Positions 34,952 to 47,832 of a DNA stretch of 64,000 nt are shown in pieces. The notes beneath the pieces were generated by a model. It had not been told where the DNA came from and searched no databases. It saw only the letters and a program-made list of their open reading frames with translations. A program made the translations under genes and the position numbers. Every line of letters starts with the position of its first letter. Position 1 is the stretch's first letter. Origin of the DNA: Octopus sinensis (taxonomy: Eukaryota); NCBI RefSeq assembly GCF_006345805.1, contig NC_043014.1, positions 2,356,001 to 2,420,000 on the forward strand, given 5' to 3'.

Positions 34952-36594
34952 GTGAGTAGCCTCACCTTTCTTATTTGTATGTGTGCGTGTCATGTAACCA
35001 CAGCCATGTAACCACATGTGATCGTTACCAGAACCACAGATATATATATATATATATGGAGGCGCAATGGCCTAGTGGTTAGGGCAGCGGACTCGTGGTC
35101 GCAGGATCGCAGTTTTGATTCCCAGACCGGGCGTTGTGAGTGTTTATTGAGCGAAAACACCTAAAAAGCTCCACGAGGCTCCGGCAGGGGGTGGTGATCC
35201 CTGCTGTACTCTTTCACCACTCTTTCTTCTGTTGGCCTGCTCGCTTAGCCAGCGGGGTGGTGTCATTTGAAGGCTAAAACAATGCGAACGCATTGTGACC
35301 AGCGATGTGTAACAACATTTGATGGTCTGGTCAGTCACGGTGACGGTGATCACGGTGATATATATATATATATATATATCCTTTGGATATCCTTGTTGCT
35401 TATTTTGAGTATGTATATATATATATATAGAACCGATTAGATTTCCAATCTCAGCATGCCAAAGTGAAGGCATTTCAAGGATACACATAAATATAATTTG
35501 TTGGGCTCTATGCATGCGGGACTCCGGTTAAGCATTTTTGTATCTAGTCCTGGAAATTATATTTGTATACAACAGACTATGCTGATGAGCTTGCAAATTT
35601 CCACGTATCCATATGCGTGGATATTAAGAAACAAAACTGATCGGTACATAGGTAATCGTTATTTCGTATATTTTCATTTGTCTTGCTTATTTTTTTACAC
35701 TTCGGTTTGTGCAGAGTTTTTATTTGAGAATACATTCTTCGTGGAAAATAGCAATTTTGACGTCTATATCTAGCATTTTGACCGTCCACTTTTAGTGGTC
35801 AGTCCTTTAAATTTTGTATATATATAAATAAAATGCAGACACAAGTTACTTTACTTATATAATAAATTTCTTGATAAATAATGAATATTTCTTAGCCTTA
35901 ATTAGCTCCTTATTTGTTGACTTATGTAAAAGTATTCTAAATATAGCAGGTGATTTGTAGTACTTATATTAGTTTATTTTAGTTATTTAGGTTCTGTTTT
36001 TAATTATAGTTAGATTATATATAGTTGTTTATTTTACTACTAAATATATTTTTAAATAAATTTTTAATGGTTTATTGAATATAGCGTTGGGTAAGTTACA
36101 ATTTTATTTATCTTATAATAAAGTTAAGTTTATATATTTTGTTATATTTCTGTTATAATTTTGTTAAATTATAATTTTGTTAAATTATAATTTTGTTATA
36201 TTAATCTATTTGTATGAAATCTCTTTATATTTGAAATAGATTTATTTAGTTGTTTATTTAATCTAGTTTATTTAATATAGAAGTATAGATTAGTAAGATT
36301 AAATATTTCGATTAAACTTAATGTTTACCTCTATTTTTGTATTGTAGTATGAATATAGACATTTATATACGTATTTATTATATGATATATGTGTTTAGGT
36401 GTGTATGTTTATGTGTATAAGTTGATGTGCGTGTATATATATGTATATATATTTATTTATTTATGTGTGTGGGTGTGTGGCTATAGATGTATGTGTATAT
36501 ATTGAGTATTGTATGTATTACATGTATGTATGTGTGTGCATATGTGTATGTGTGTGTATATATGTGTGTATATATGTATATATATATATATATA

Positions 36595-36639
<45 letters not shown>

Positions 36640-36721
36640 TTTATATTATGTGTGTGGTGTGTATATATATATTTATATATATGTGTGTGTGTGTGTGTTA
36701 TATATATATTATATAATGTAC

Positions 36722-38368
36722 TAATAAGTAGAAAGGTAGACAATCCACAAATATCTTCAGGAAGATGGCCCTGCTCGATCTGTGAAAAGGTGTAGGTAGA
36801 AACTCTATAGATGTACCCAGTGTAAGCTATGGACACATAAGAGGTGCAGCAATGTCAAAGGTAGGCTAACTGGGAAGATAGTTTTTGTATGTGGCAGATG
36901 CTCGGGAGCATTAACCTCCGAAAATCTGCAGAAAACAACTTCCGTCACTTTCCAGGGGGAAAAACTAGAAGTAGTTGATAGCTTCCGTTATCTAGGTGAC
37001 CGTCAGTAGTGGGGGTGGGTGCGCTGAAAGTGTAACTGCTAGAATAAGAATAGCCTGGGCAAAGTTTAGGGAGCTCTTACCTCTGCTGGTGACTAAAGGC
37101 CTCTTGCTCAGAGTAAAAGGCAGACTGTATGATGCGTGTGTACGAACAGCCATGCTACATGGCAGCGAAACATGGCCGTGACTGCTGAGGACATGCGTAA
37201 GCTCGTGAGGAATGAAGCCAGTATTCTCCGATGGATGTGTAATGTCAGTGTACATACTCGACAGAGTGTTAGCACCTTGAGAGAAATGTTGTACCTAAGA
37301 AGCATCAGTTGTGGTGTGCAAGAGAGACAATTGCGCTGGTATGGTCATGTGGCGAGATGGATGAAGATAGGTGTGTGAGAAAGTGCCAATCCCTGGCAGT
37401 TGAGGGAACCCGTGGAAGAGGTAGACCCAGGAAAACCTGGGACGAGGTGGTGAAGCACGACCTTCGAACTTTAGGCCTCACTGAGGAAATGACCAGAGAC
37501 CGAGACCTTTGGAATATTCTGTACGTGAGAAGACCAGGCAGGACAAGTGAGCCCAGCCCACTTATGAATGCCTTTCCTCCCTTGGACACAAAGACCGGTG
37601 AGGCAAGCGAAGTCGATATAGAACCTCATCCGACAACAGACACCCATGCCAACCCCCCATGCTTGCGAAGACATGTTGGGGCAAGCGAAATCGAAATCGA
37701 AACCGAATTGAACCAGCCAGGATCCCTGGCCTGGTGGTACGTAAAAAGCACTATCCGACTCGTGGCCGTGGCACGTAAATACTCCAATGCGACCGTACGA
37801 CAGGCACCCATGCCAACCCCCTTTGCTTGTGAAGACATGTTGGGGCAAGCGAAATCGAAATCGAATTGAACCAGCCAGGATCCCTGGTCTGGTGGTACGT
37901 AAAAAGCACTATCCGACTCGTGGCCGTGGCACGTAAATACTCCAATGCGACCGTACGACAGCACCCATGCCAACCCCCTTTGCTTGTGAGGACATGTTGG
38001 GGCAAGCGAAATCGAAATCGAATTGAACCAGCCAGGATCCCTGGTCTGGGGTACGTAAAAAGCACTATCCGACTCGTGGCCGATGCCAGCACCGCCTCGA
38101 CTGGCTTCCGTGCCAGTGGCACATAAAATACACCAATCTGACCGTGGCCGTTGCCAGCCCCGCCTGGCACCTGTGCAGGTGGCACGTAAAAAGCACCCAC
38201 TACACTCACGGAGTGGTTGGCGTTAGGAAGGGCATCCAGCTGTAGAAACATTGCCAGATTAGACTGGAGCCTGGTGCAGCCTTCTGGCTTCCCAGAACCC
38301 CGGTCGAACCGTCCAACCCATGCTAGCATGGAGAACGGACGTTAAACGACGATGATGATGATGATGAT
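36722..38368 (+). mobile_element. RTE-clade LINE, 5'-truncated, with a long repeat-containing 3' UTR and (gat)n tail
   Basis: WPCSICEKGVG..., LEVVDSFRYLGD, RIRIAWAKFRELLPLL..GRLYDACVRTAMLHGSETW, LRWYGHV, RGRGRPRKTW. Confidence 0.9.
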
Positions 38369-40096
38369 ATGTATACGATGAAGCCTTCTGGCTTCACAGA
38401 CCCCAGTAGAACCGTCCAACCCATGCTAGCATGGAAAACGGATGCTAAACGACGATGATGATGATGATGATGTATAGTTATACTGCAAATTTTGATAAGT
38501 ATTTTAGAGATTTTGGTTATGATCACTAATTTTAGCTTATAATTATAAGAGCATTGGGAAAGACTTTATAGTACGATGAGGGGTTACTATAAAAAAATTT
38601 TTTTTTATATATATTTATTAATCATATAAGATTTTTAGAATATATTTAATAATTAGTGGTTTTTAATCATTTAAATTATTTAATTTATTTTGTATTAAGT
38701 ATTATTTATCATAGCTATTTTATTAATAAATCTTATAGTATAGAGTGATTTTATTCTTTATTTGTGACTTCATTCTATTTACATTTATTGGTAAACCATA
38801 ATTGTTCCCATTCACAATCTTCGTTGATAAAGCGTATTTGTTCCTCACGCTTAATGAATTCTTCAACAATTTATTCTCTTTTTTGCTAATAACGTAATTC
38901 CACAAGTATTCTTATATACGTTGTAAAGACGTTTTCCGATTCAAAATTTTAGTTCATTACAAAACCTCGCTAAGATAAGTATTTATTTATATTTAAGATC
39001 TTTAAATTGTAAATTTTAATATTTTATAAATCTTTGATATAATATTTTCCTTATGTAAATATCATTTATGTAATGATCTAATTATCGTAATTTTCTATAT
39101 TATTAGACATTAAATTTAAGTTTATTCGTAAGATATTACTTAGCGATAGATTTGTTGTTTGATAGCAAGTATACTAGGTGTCTAAAGTTAGGCTTTTGTA
39201 TATACATGTATTAATAGTATTAATTGTAGTTTTAAATTGCTTATAATTAAAATTAGATAAACTCTGATAAACCTAGATATGTTTCGACTAAAGATTGGTC
39301 CAGGCCATGTCTAACTTAATAGCATAACTTAGTTATTGTCTTTTTAAATTGATATTCGCTAGTTATTCCCATTGATAATTATATTTATAGTATTTATTCG
39401 ATACTATATAACTATATGAATTGATTATTTCTATAAGTATTTTAAATAAGATTTCTGAAAGTTCGTTTAAGTTTGTTTGTTTGTATTTTTGAAATTAGCT
39501 ATTTCATCTTTAAATATGAAAAATTAATTTATTAGGTCTTTATTATATGTGCATATATATTTATTTATAGAGATTATTTTAGATCTTAATTATAATATTT
39601 ATATACATGTATATATATTCATTGATAATTTATATATAATAGTCATTTTTTTTTTATATTTATGTAATTAAATATAGACTATTACCGATATTAGATTATT
39701 GGTGGGTTTCTTACCTTATAAATAAAAATTAATATTTAACATTATAATCGATTTTGATATAATCATAATTGTTAAGTTTTAAGTTTCTAGTTTGATAATA
39801 GAGTTTATTATGAGTAAAATTATTATATTATTTATATCTTAAAAATATTGTTTAAATATTTCTGATTATTTTTAAAATATTTCAATTAACCTGAAGATTG
39901 ACTGTAACCATAACTCGAATTATTAATTGAATTTAAATTATTGTTATTCGAATTGGTACAGCCATGAAACGATCGTAGTGTTTTACTCTTTATCTTTTAT
40001 TAAACTTTTAATACTTTTTATATTTAAAAAATTAATTAATTAATTAATTAACTAATTAATTAATTAATTAATAAAATAATATATAAATATAAAAAT

Positions 40097-40128
<32 letters not shown>

Positions 40129-40358
40129 TTGTATATATATATATAACATTTATTAGTTTAAATTATTTAAATATTTTTTTTATTTTTAACTTTTATATTT
40201 TTAAATTAATTTTATGTATTGGCTTATGTTTTTCACTGTTTGATTTGCCTAATAGTGGTTTTATCTCTAATTTAATATAATATAATATATTTATACTATA
40301 AAATTGGATTTAATCCTAAATCTAATTTTTCCCTGTAAATTTGGATGTATTCCCTAAT

Positions 40359-40402
<44 letters not shown>

Positions 40403-40673
40403 GTGTTATTAATCTGGTTAGATGAATTTTTTTAAACTGCTGTAAAATATGAAATGCTCATAGGGCGTGATACATCTTCCGAGAGGAAGTAACTGCAAAC
40501 GCCAAACACATTTATTCACATCTCTGTATGTGTTTGCTTTCTAATTTGAGATTCTGCTATTTCGTATTCTACAGAAAATGTCTTGTAATGCTTCTATTTT
40601 CGACTCTTTCCCACCTTGTTGACAAATAATAAAAAAATATTTTTTTGTTTCCCCCCTGTTCTTCTCTTGCTAG

Positions 40674-40805
40674 GGATTTGACCATGGAGGCGAAGACGAC
40701 CTAAGTTCCATGGAAGTTACGTTTGATGACAAACCTCGCAGCAGGAAACCAGTGATTCCAATCTCCAGTTCTGACACCTACAACACAACATTACCCTGTG
40801 TCTAG
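40674..40805 (+). CDS. IgSF membrane protein terminal coding exon
   Basis: ttctcttgctag|GGA, phase 0; GFDHGGEDDLSSMEVTFDDKPRSRKPVIPISSSDTYNTTLPCV* (TAG 40803-40805). Confidence 0.82.
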   Translation, partial: GFDHGGEDDLSSMEVTFDDKPRSRKPVIPISSSDTYNTTLPCV

Positions 40806-41497
40806 TGAGGAGAGATGTCCTTCTTATCTCCATTTCTTTTTATCTCTCTAGCTAGCTAGCTACCTCTCACTATTCTATAACGATGTAATTACCTTCCAGA
40901 GGTGATGCCATTTTCTCTGTAAAATATTCTCTCTTAACTGCTGCATCTCATACATTTTTTCCCCATACACACACACACACGCGTATCTCTACGCACAGAG
41001 ACTCACAAGCGCATCTGTCTATATACATGTCTGTGTATGTTGATGTAGATTTATTGTTTTAGCAAAGAATATCTGCTGTAGCTAATTCAAACAGCTTCTT
41101 TTTTTATATTCAAGAGTGATATACATACCTACATAATTAGATATATACATACATGTGTATATGTGTATGTCTATATACACACAATGATACATGCATACAT
41201 ACATATATATATGAATTTTTAAATCCATCTCTTTCATAGTTTTTATCTCCTTCATATCTGAAGAATATGAAATGATGACAAGGAACTTTTAGTTCTGACT
41301 TCAAGAACTTTCTCTTTCATTCTAAGAAGTATACTTGTGTGTATGAATAATTTTCCTCTGTGTGTGTGTGTGTGCATCTATCTCTATGTATATAAATTTA
41401 CATAAAGATGCAAATGTGTATGTGTGTATGTGTGAGTATATATATGTATAAATACACACACACATATATATATATATATATACACACATTTATATAC

Positions 41498-41717
41498 ATG
41501 AGGGTTGCTGAAAAGTTCCTGGTTTTGAGTAAACGAAAATAATGAAGGATCATTGAATTATGATTTTATGCAAAATATTCCCCCTCTCAGATTCACACAC
41601 TTATTGCAGTGGTCCCTCAGGTTTTCTAAGCCCTGTAAAAGAACTCGGAAGGTTGGGCCTCCAACCAGGCCATTTGCGATACCCTTAAAACCAGCAACTT
41701 TTCCCGCATCCCCTCAT
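41498..41717. mobile_element. Mariner-type MITE; inverted sister copy at about 50683-50885
   Basis: TIR-like gagggttgctgaaaagttcctggtttt / aaaaccagcaacttttcccgcatcccctc in TA context; shared body gaactcggaaggttgggcctccaaccaggcc. Confidence 0.7.
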
Positions 41718-43619
41718 ACATGCGCATACACACACACACACCACACACACACACACATGTATATGTGTGTGTGTGTGTTAAATACCAGTTTTCTGCTGGG
41801 GGTTTATTTCAATCAACTACACTGTTCCCCTCTCCCTTTGCTATATGTGGCCTTAGCTAATGTGAAAAATCATCATCATCATCATCAATGTCATTGTTAT
41901 TTTAAAGGCAGCGAGCTGGCACAATTGTTAGCAAGCCAGACAAAATGTTCTACAACATTCTGGCTTTTTTATGTTCTGGGTTCAAATCCTTGGTCTTACC
42001 TTTCATCTGTTTTTTTTCTTTTTTTTTTTTTTGCTTTTTGCTAGTTGATGAAATAAGTACCAGCTTAGCACTGGGGTCGATGTAAGCAACTTATTCCTTT
42101 CCCACCAAAATTTCAGGTCTTGTGCCTAAAGTAGAAAGGATCATCATCGTCATCATCATCATCATCATCATAAACATCATCATAAGGCAGTGGGCTGGCA
42201 GAATCGTTAGCAGACCAGGCAAAAATGCTTAGCACCATTTCATCCTGAGTTCAGATTCCGCTAAGGTTGACTTTGCTTTTCATCCTTTCGAGTTTGATAA
42301 AATAAGTACCAGTTAAACACTGGGGTTGATCTTATCGACTCGTCCCCTCCCCCAAAAATGCTGCCCTTGTGGCAAAATTTGAAATGCATTATTATTATTA
42401 TTATTAATATTTCGTCTGTCGCTACATTCTGGGTTCAAATTCTGCTGAGGTCGTCTTTGCCTTTCACCCTATCAGGGTTGATAAATTAAGTACCAGTGAG
42501 ACACTCGGGGTCAGTTTAATCAACTCATCCCCTCCTCCAAAATGGCTGCCCTTGTGGCAAAATTTGAAGCCATTATTATTGTTGTTGTTGTTGTTAATTT
42601 AACGTCTGTGGAAAGTTATTGCTTGGATCAATCCGAGTGGCATAGAATTTGTTGTATTGCATCAAAGCAATTTGTGTTTGGGTGCAACACAGAGCCAGAA
42701 AAGAATTCTATCCTGCAACCAAAAGACACATTTGTCCACATTAGACAAAATCAGAACCATCGGTGTCCCCATTGTTACTTCTTAACAAAATCCATTCTTG
42801 GACTCAAATTACGTTCACGCATCCATCACAAACACATGCAGCTTCTTGTATTTTTTTTTTTTTTTTTCTGTTTGTTTCCAAATTCTTTCCTTGAAACACC
42901 CAAATGTCAAAATCGACAGGAGTGACCGTCATTTCTTCACAATTGATTTTTGTTAAATATTTCAATCAACACAATGTTGAAACAACAACAATGATGATGA
43001 TGAGGATGAGGATGGAAACAATGATGATAATAATACAAGTATACACATGGAATTGTAATGTTTTAGTAACGTTAACGACTTGTTAAGTTAATGGTGGGTT
43101 TTTTTTTTAACGATGTGTGTCTGTAACGATGTTGTTTTTACCATTAACACCTTGTTCTAAGTTGGCTGGTAAGGACCAAAAGCAAGCTGTGTAAAGGGGC
43201 CACAGTATAAAGGCTGTACAGAAATAAGACAAGGGATTAACTGACCATTGTAGTCGAGTCGGGCCCCAGCGCCTACATTTCATAGAGTTGTAGTATATTT
43301 TTGTTATCCTGACCAAACAGACTTATGATTAATACCATTCCAGCTGTGACCATCCTGCCTTTTATTCAGTGCTTCTGAGAATACACTTTCTCATGTGCCC
43401 CCTCCTGTTTTAAAATGATAGGATGTGATTTGAGAGAGATTTAGCTACTGTATCTAGCAGAGTCCTGCTAATGCACACACGTTCCCTCCTTATGAAAACC
43501 ATTTGGCAGCATTGTCTGTGTGTGGCTTTATTATGTAAATTACAGTCACCACTCATTAGTGGCACCCTAGGTCTCCTGTCTATATATATGTGTGTGTATA
43601 TTATGTATATATATATATG

Positions 43620-43649
<30 letters not shown>

Positions 43650-43650
<1 letters not shown>

Positions 43651-43696
43651 GTAAAATTGCCTGTTAAAGGGTAATTTTCTATTTTGAAATAAATAC

Positions 43697-43728
<32 letters not shown>

Positions 43729-43771
43729 GTATTTCAAAATAGAAAATTACCCTTTAACAGGCAATTTTACA
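43650..43771. repeat. Inverted repeat (~45-bp arms) around a (TA)n core
   Basis: gtaaaattgcctgttaaagggtaattttctattttgaaata ... tatttcaaaatagaaaattaccctttaacaggcaattttac. Confidence 0.85.
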
Positions 43772-43820
43772 TGCTAGAAATAGCAGCCAACACGGCCAAA
43801 AAACCACAATTTTGAAGTAA

Positions 43821-43853
<33 letters not shown>

Positions 43854-45829
43854 TATACATATATATATATTATGTATGTATATGTGTGTGTGTGTGTATT
43901 ACTACACAGCCACACCTGTACTATAGAAATTATTGTGAAAACTTTTCACATTGACTGACCTTCAAAAGTTTTGCATTGTCAAAAAGACAAAAAGGAAAAA
44001 AACTGCCTTGTTGTTGATGTGAATTTTATCTCTAAGTTTCTCACTGACCTTTGATCAGTTCCCGGCATAACTGCATGGTTAAGTAGTTTGCTATGTGAAT
44101 TTGGGGTTTGGCCGTTCTGCATGTCATCTTGTTAAATGTCTTCTGCTCTAGCTTCTTGGTGATCTATGCAGGTACCTACCTTATATGTATGTATGTATGT
44201 GTGTGTGTGTGTGTGAATGTGAATGTGTTTATATTCCATGCTGTCACCATTGAAGAGAAGTGGTGCTGATGGTAGCATTCATTTGTCCGTTGAAAGGAAT
44301 ATAAAGATATCCTTTACCTGGAAAAGGATAAATGAATGTTGGCAACAGGGAGAGTATCCAGCCGTAAAACCTTAACTCAACTCTTCCATCCATAGGCGCA
44401 GGAGTGGCTGTGTGGTAAGTAGCTTGCTAACCAACCACATGGTTCCGGGTTCAGTCCCACTGCGTGGCATGTTGGGCAAGTGTCTTCTGCTATAGCTCCG
44501 GGCCGACCAATGCCTTGTGAGTGGATTTGGTAGACGGAAACTGAAAGAAGCCTGTCGTGTGTGTGTGTGTGTATGTATGTATGTGTGTGTATGTGTTTGT
44601 GTGTCTGTGTTTGTCCCCCTAGCATTGATTGACAACCGATGCTGGTGTGTTTACGTCCCCGTCACTTAGTGGTTCGGCAAAAGAGGACCGATAGAATAAG
44701 TACTGGGCTTATAAAAGAATAAGTCCTGGGGTCGATTTGCTCGACTAAAGGTGGTGCTCCAGCATGGCCACAGTCAAATGACTGAAACAAGTAAAAGAGT
44801 ATCTAAACCTACATTAGAATGAAAAAAATGTATGTGCCATGATGAGAGATGAGGTTCTTGTGCCTGGTTTGATCTTCTACCTTTGTCTATTCAAGGTGAT
44901 CAGTTCAGTTTTGTTTATGTTTTAACCCTCTTTAATTGTCCGAGTCTTGTAGGCTGCTTTGCAACCTCACAGATGCAGGTACCAAAAAATAAAAAAGAGA
45001 CCCCTGTACACTTAGTCAAGTGATTGGAATTAGGGTGAGCATCCAGCCATGGGGATCTTGCCAAAGCAGACATTGCGGCACGAAGCGGCCCTTGGACCGA
45101 TCTGATGCTGTCAAACCATTCAACCCATCCCATTGTGGAACGTGGCTGTTAAATGATGATGATGATGATTTTCTCTGTGAATTATATTAATGGTACAGGT
45201 GTTTGTGGAATATTCAGCTACTTACTTTATTATATCAATCATCAGGAAATTCAATTTATTGATATTCGTTTGTTGAAATCATCAAGATTCCACTTATAAT
45301 TAGTGGTTACTGCATTTCTTGTCTCGTTAATTTTCCATGTCCAAAAATACATATTTTGCCAAATTTTTGTGCCTTAACTTTAAAAAAAAAAAGAAAAATT
45401 CCTTTGCAATGGACCAAGTGTATAAACAAAGTAAGACTCTGGTGTCTTCTCTATTTTTATTGCATACAACCAGTAACCATTCTTCTATTCCTGGTTGATC
45501 ATCAACTTCTCCAAGATGCTTCTCTGCAACTCTTCTTGGTGGAATACACTAGGAAACAAAACCTCAGCTTGACCAATGAACAAAACCACCAAACAATAGG
45601 ACATGTGTTTATTTTGGTTTAACAGGGATTTTGTAATCTTGTGTGTTTCAGGCAAGAAATATATTTCTCTTGAGGCCGTTTCATTTTTGCTACCGTTAAT
45701 AATGTCCCTGGTTAAGGTAGCACTATCACAACATTGTACTTCAGTTTTCTCTTACATTGACTTAATGTATTCAATATTTTGAAATTTCGCTGATCCTTGG
45801 GAACATACACACACACACACTCAATTATA

Positions 45830-45870
<41 letters not shown>

Positions 45871-46836
45871 GTAATTATATTCTATATGTAAATATTTACA
45901 CACACACTCATGTATAGAGAGAGTGGAAGAGAAAATTAGATAGATGGATTGACAGATAGAGAGATAGATAGAGTGATAGGTAGATAGATAAAAGCATCGT
46001 CACACATTACACATCTTGTATATTTTAGACCACCAATTCCGAACCCATTGTCGTCATGCCAATATTTCTTTTAACTATTTAAATAAAAAATTTTTTTAAA
46101 TTACCCAAAAATATATTCCAACGAGGAACACTTAACATTTCCTAGTTTTCTTGGGAAAATATATTTTTTTGTTTGCCACAAACGTTATGTTGTGTCCTTA
46201 ATACCTTTTCGCATACGTATCCATGAACATTTTTTCATTTTATCAGAAGTTTCAATGTAAGCAATTTTGTCTTTGCGATTTCCTTGACCTTCCTCACGAA
46301 TGTGCCACAAACCCATTGCATGGGACCAGCTGGTTGAGGTGAATTTAAGGACCACTGATGCCCCTGTCACAGTTCTTCTTGATGTAGAAATAGCTGAAAG
46401 ACTGCATATATTTACATTTGCCAACTGTATGTATTTACTAATATATATAAACATATATACATTCATACATATATACACACATACATATTTATATATACAT
46501 ATATGTATACATATATATCTATATATATATATATATATATAAACACAACATATATGTGTATATACATGCACATACACAAATGCATAAACGTTTATGTATG
46601 TATATGTGCATACATGTGTGTGTGTGTGTTAATACTATATATGCATACGGAAGTTATGTGTTGGGTATAAATACATGTGTATGTGTATTTATATAAATGT
46701 ATACATGTATATATATCTGTACACTTATACACATGTATTCATACATGTATACGTGTGTGTATATATATGTGTGTATTTATGTAAATGTATACGTGTATAT
46801 ATATATATATATATATATATATTTTTATATAAATGT

Positions 46837-46880
<44 letters not shown>

Positions 46881-47790
46881 GTACACTTATACACATGTAT
46901 TCATACATATATACGTGTATGTGTGCATAGACACATACATGTGTGTGTGTACACACACACACACGTATGTGTCTATGCATTAAGTCCCTATTTGCTATTT
47001 ACAATATAGTTCATTATTTATTACTAAACGTGAGATGGTTTTTAGGTAGCTTGGAATGGAGCGGGGGGTGGGGCAACACAGGTCTGGTTTCATTTTTGTA
47101 AATATCCAAATGGCACAACATATTGTATGTTTGACCATTCTTCATCTAAATATCTTGTACATACCATATATATTATACACACACACACACACACACATAT
47201 ATACACACATCTAAAAAAATATATATATAATATATATAGCGCTGCTGATATATATATACCTTTTTTTTTTGTTTATTGTTATAGTTTGATATTTTTAATT
47301 TTTCTATTTTGCTTCCGCAGTTTTACATTAGAAAATTTCTAGAAAAATCCTTGCCATCATTCTTTGTCTACCTTTTACCGTTTTGTTGTTTCCCAGGGGT
47401 CTTCTGCGACACTGCTGTCCACCTGGCAAAGAAATCATTTGTTGAGCTTTTGTTTTATGTTTTTTTTTATCATTTCTATTTCTTTTTTAAAGTTTAAAGA
47501 AAATACTTGACTCTTATCCCGATGTAGGTCATATTCAGAGAGTCTTTTATGTTGGGTTTTTTTTTTTTTTGACGGGGTGTTATATAAATATGTAACTGGA
47601 CATGAGCAATGTCCCGTGAAAACAAGGCGCAGGAGTGGCTGTGTGGTAAGTAGCTTGTTTACCAACCACATGGTTCCGGGTTCAGTCCCACTGCGTGGCA
47701 CCTTGGGCAAGTGTCTTCTACTATAGCCTCGGGCCGACCAAAGCCTTGTGAGTGGATTTGGTAGACGGAAACTAAAAGAAGCCTGTCGTA

Positions 47791-47832
<42 letters not shown>

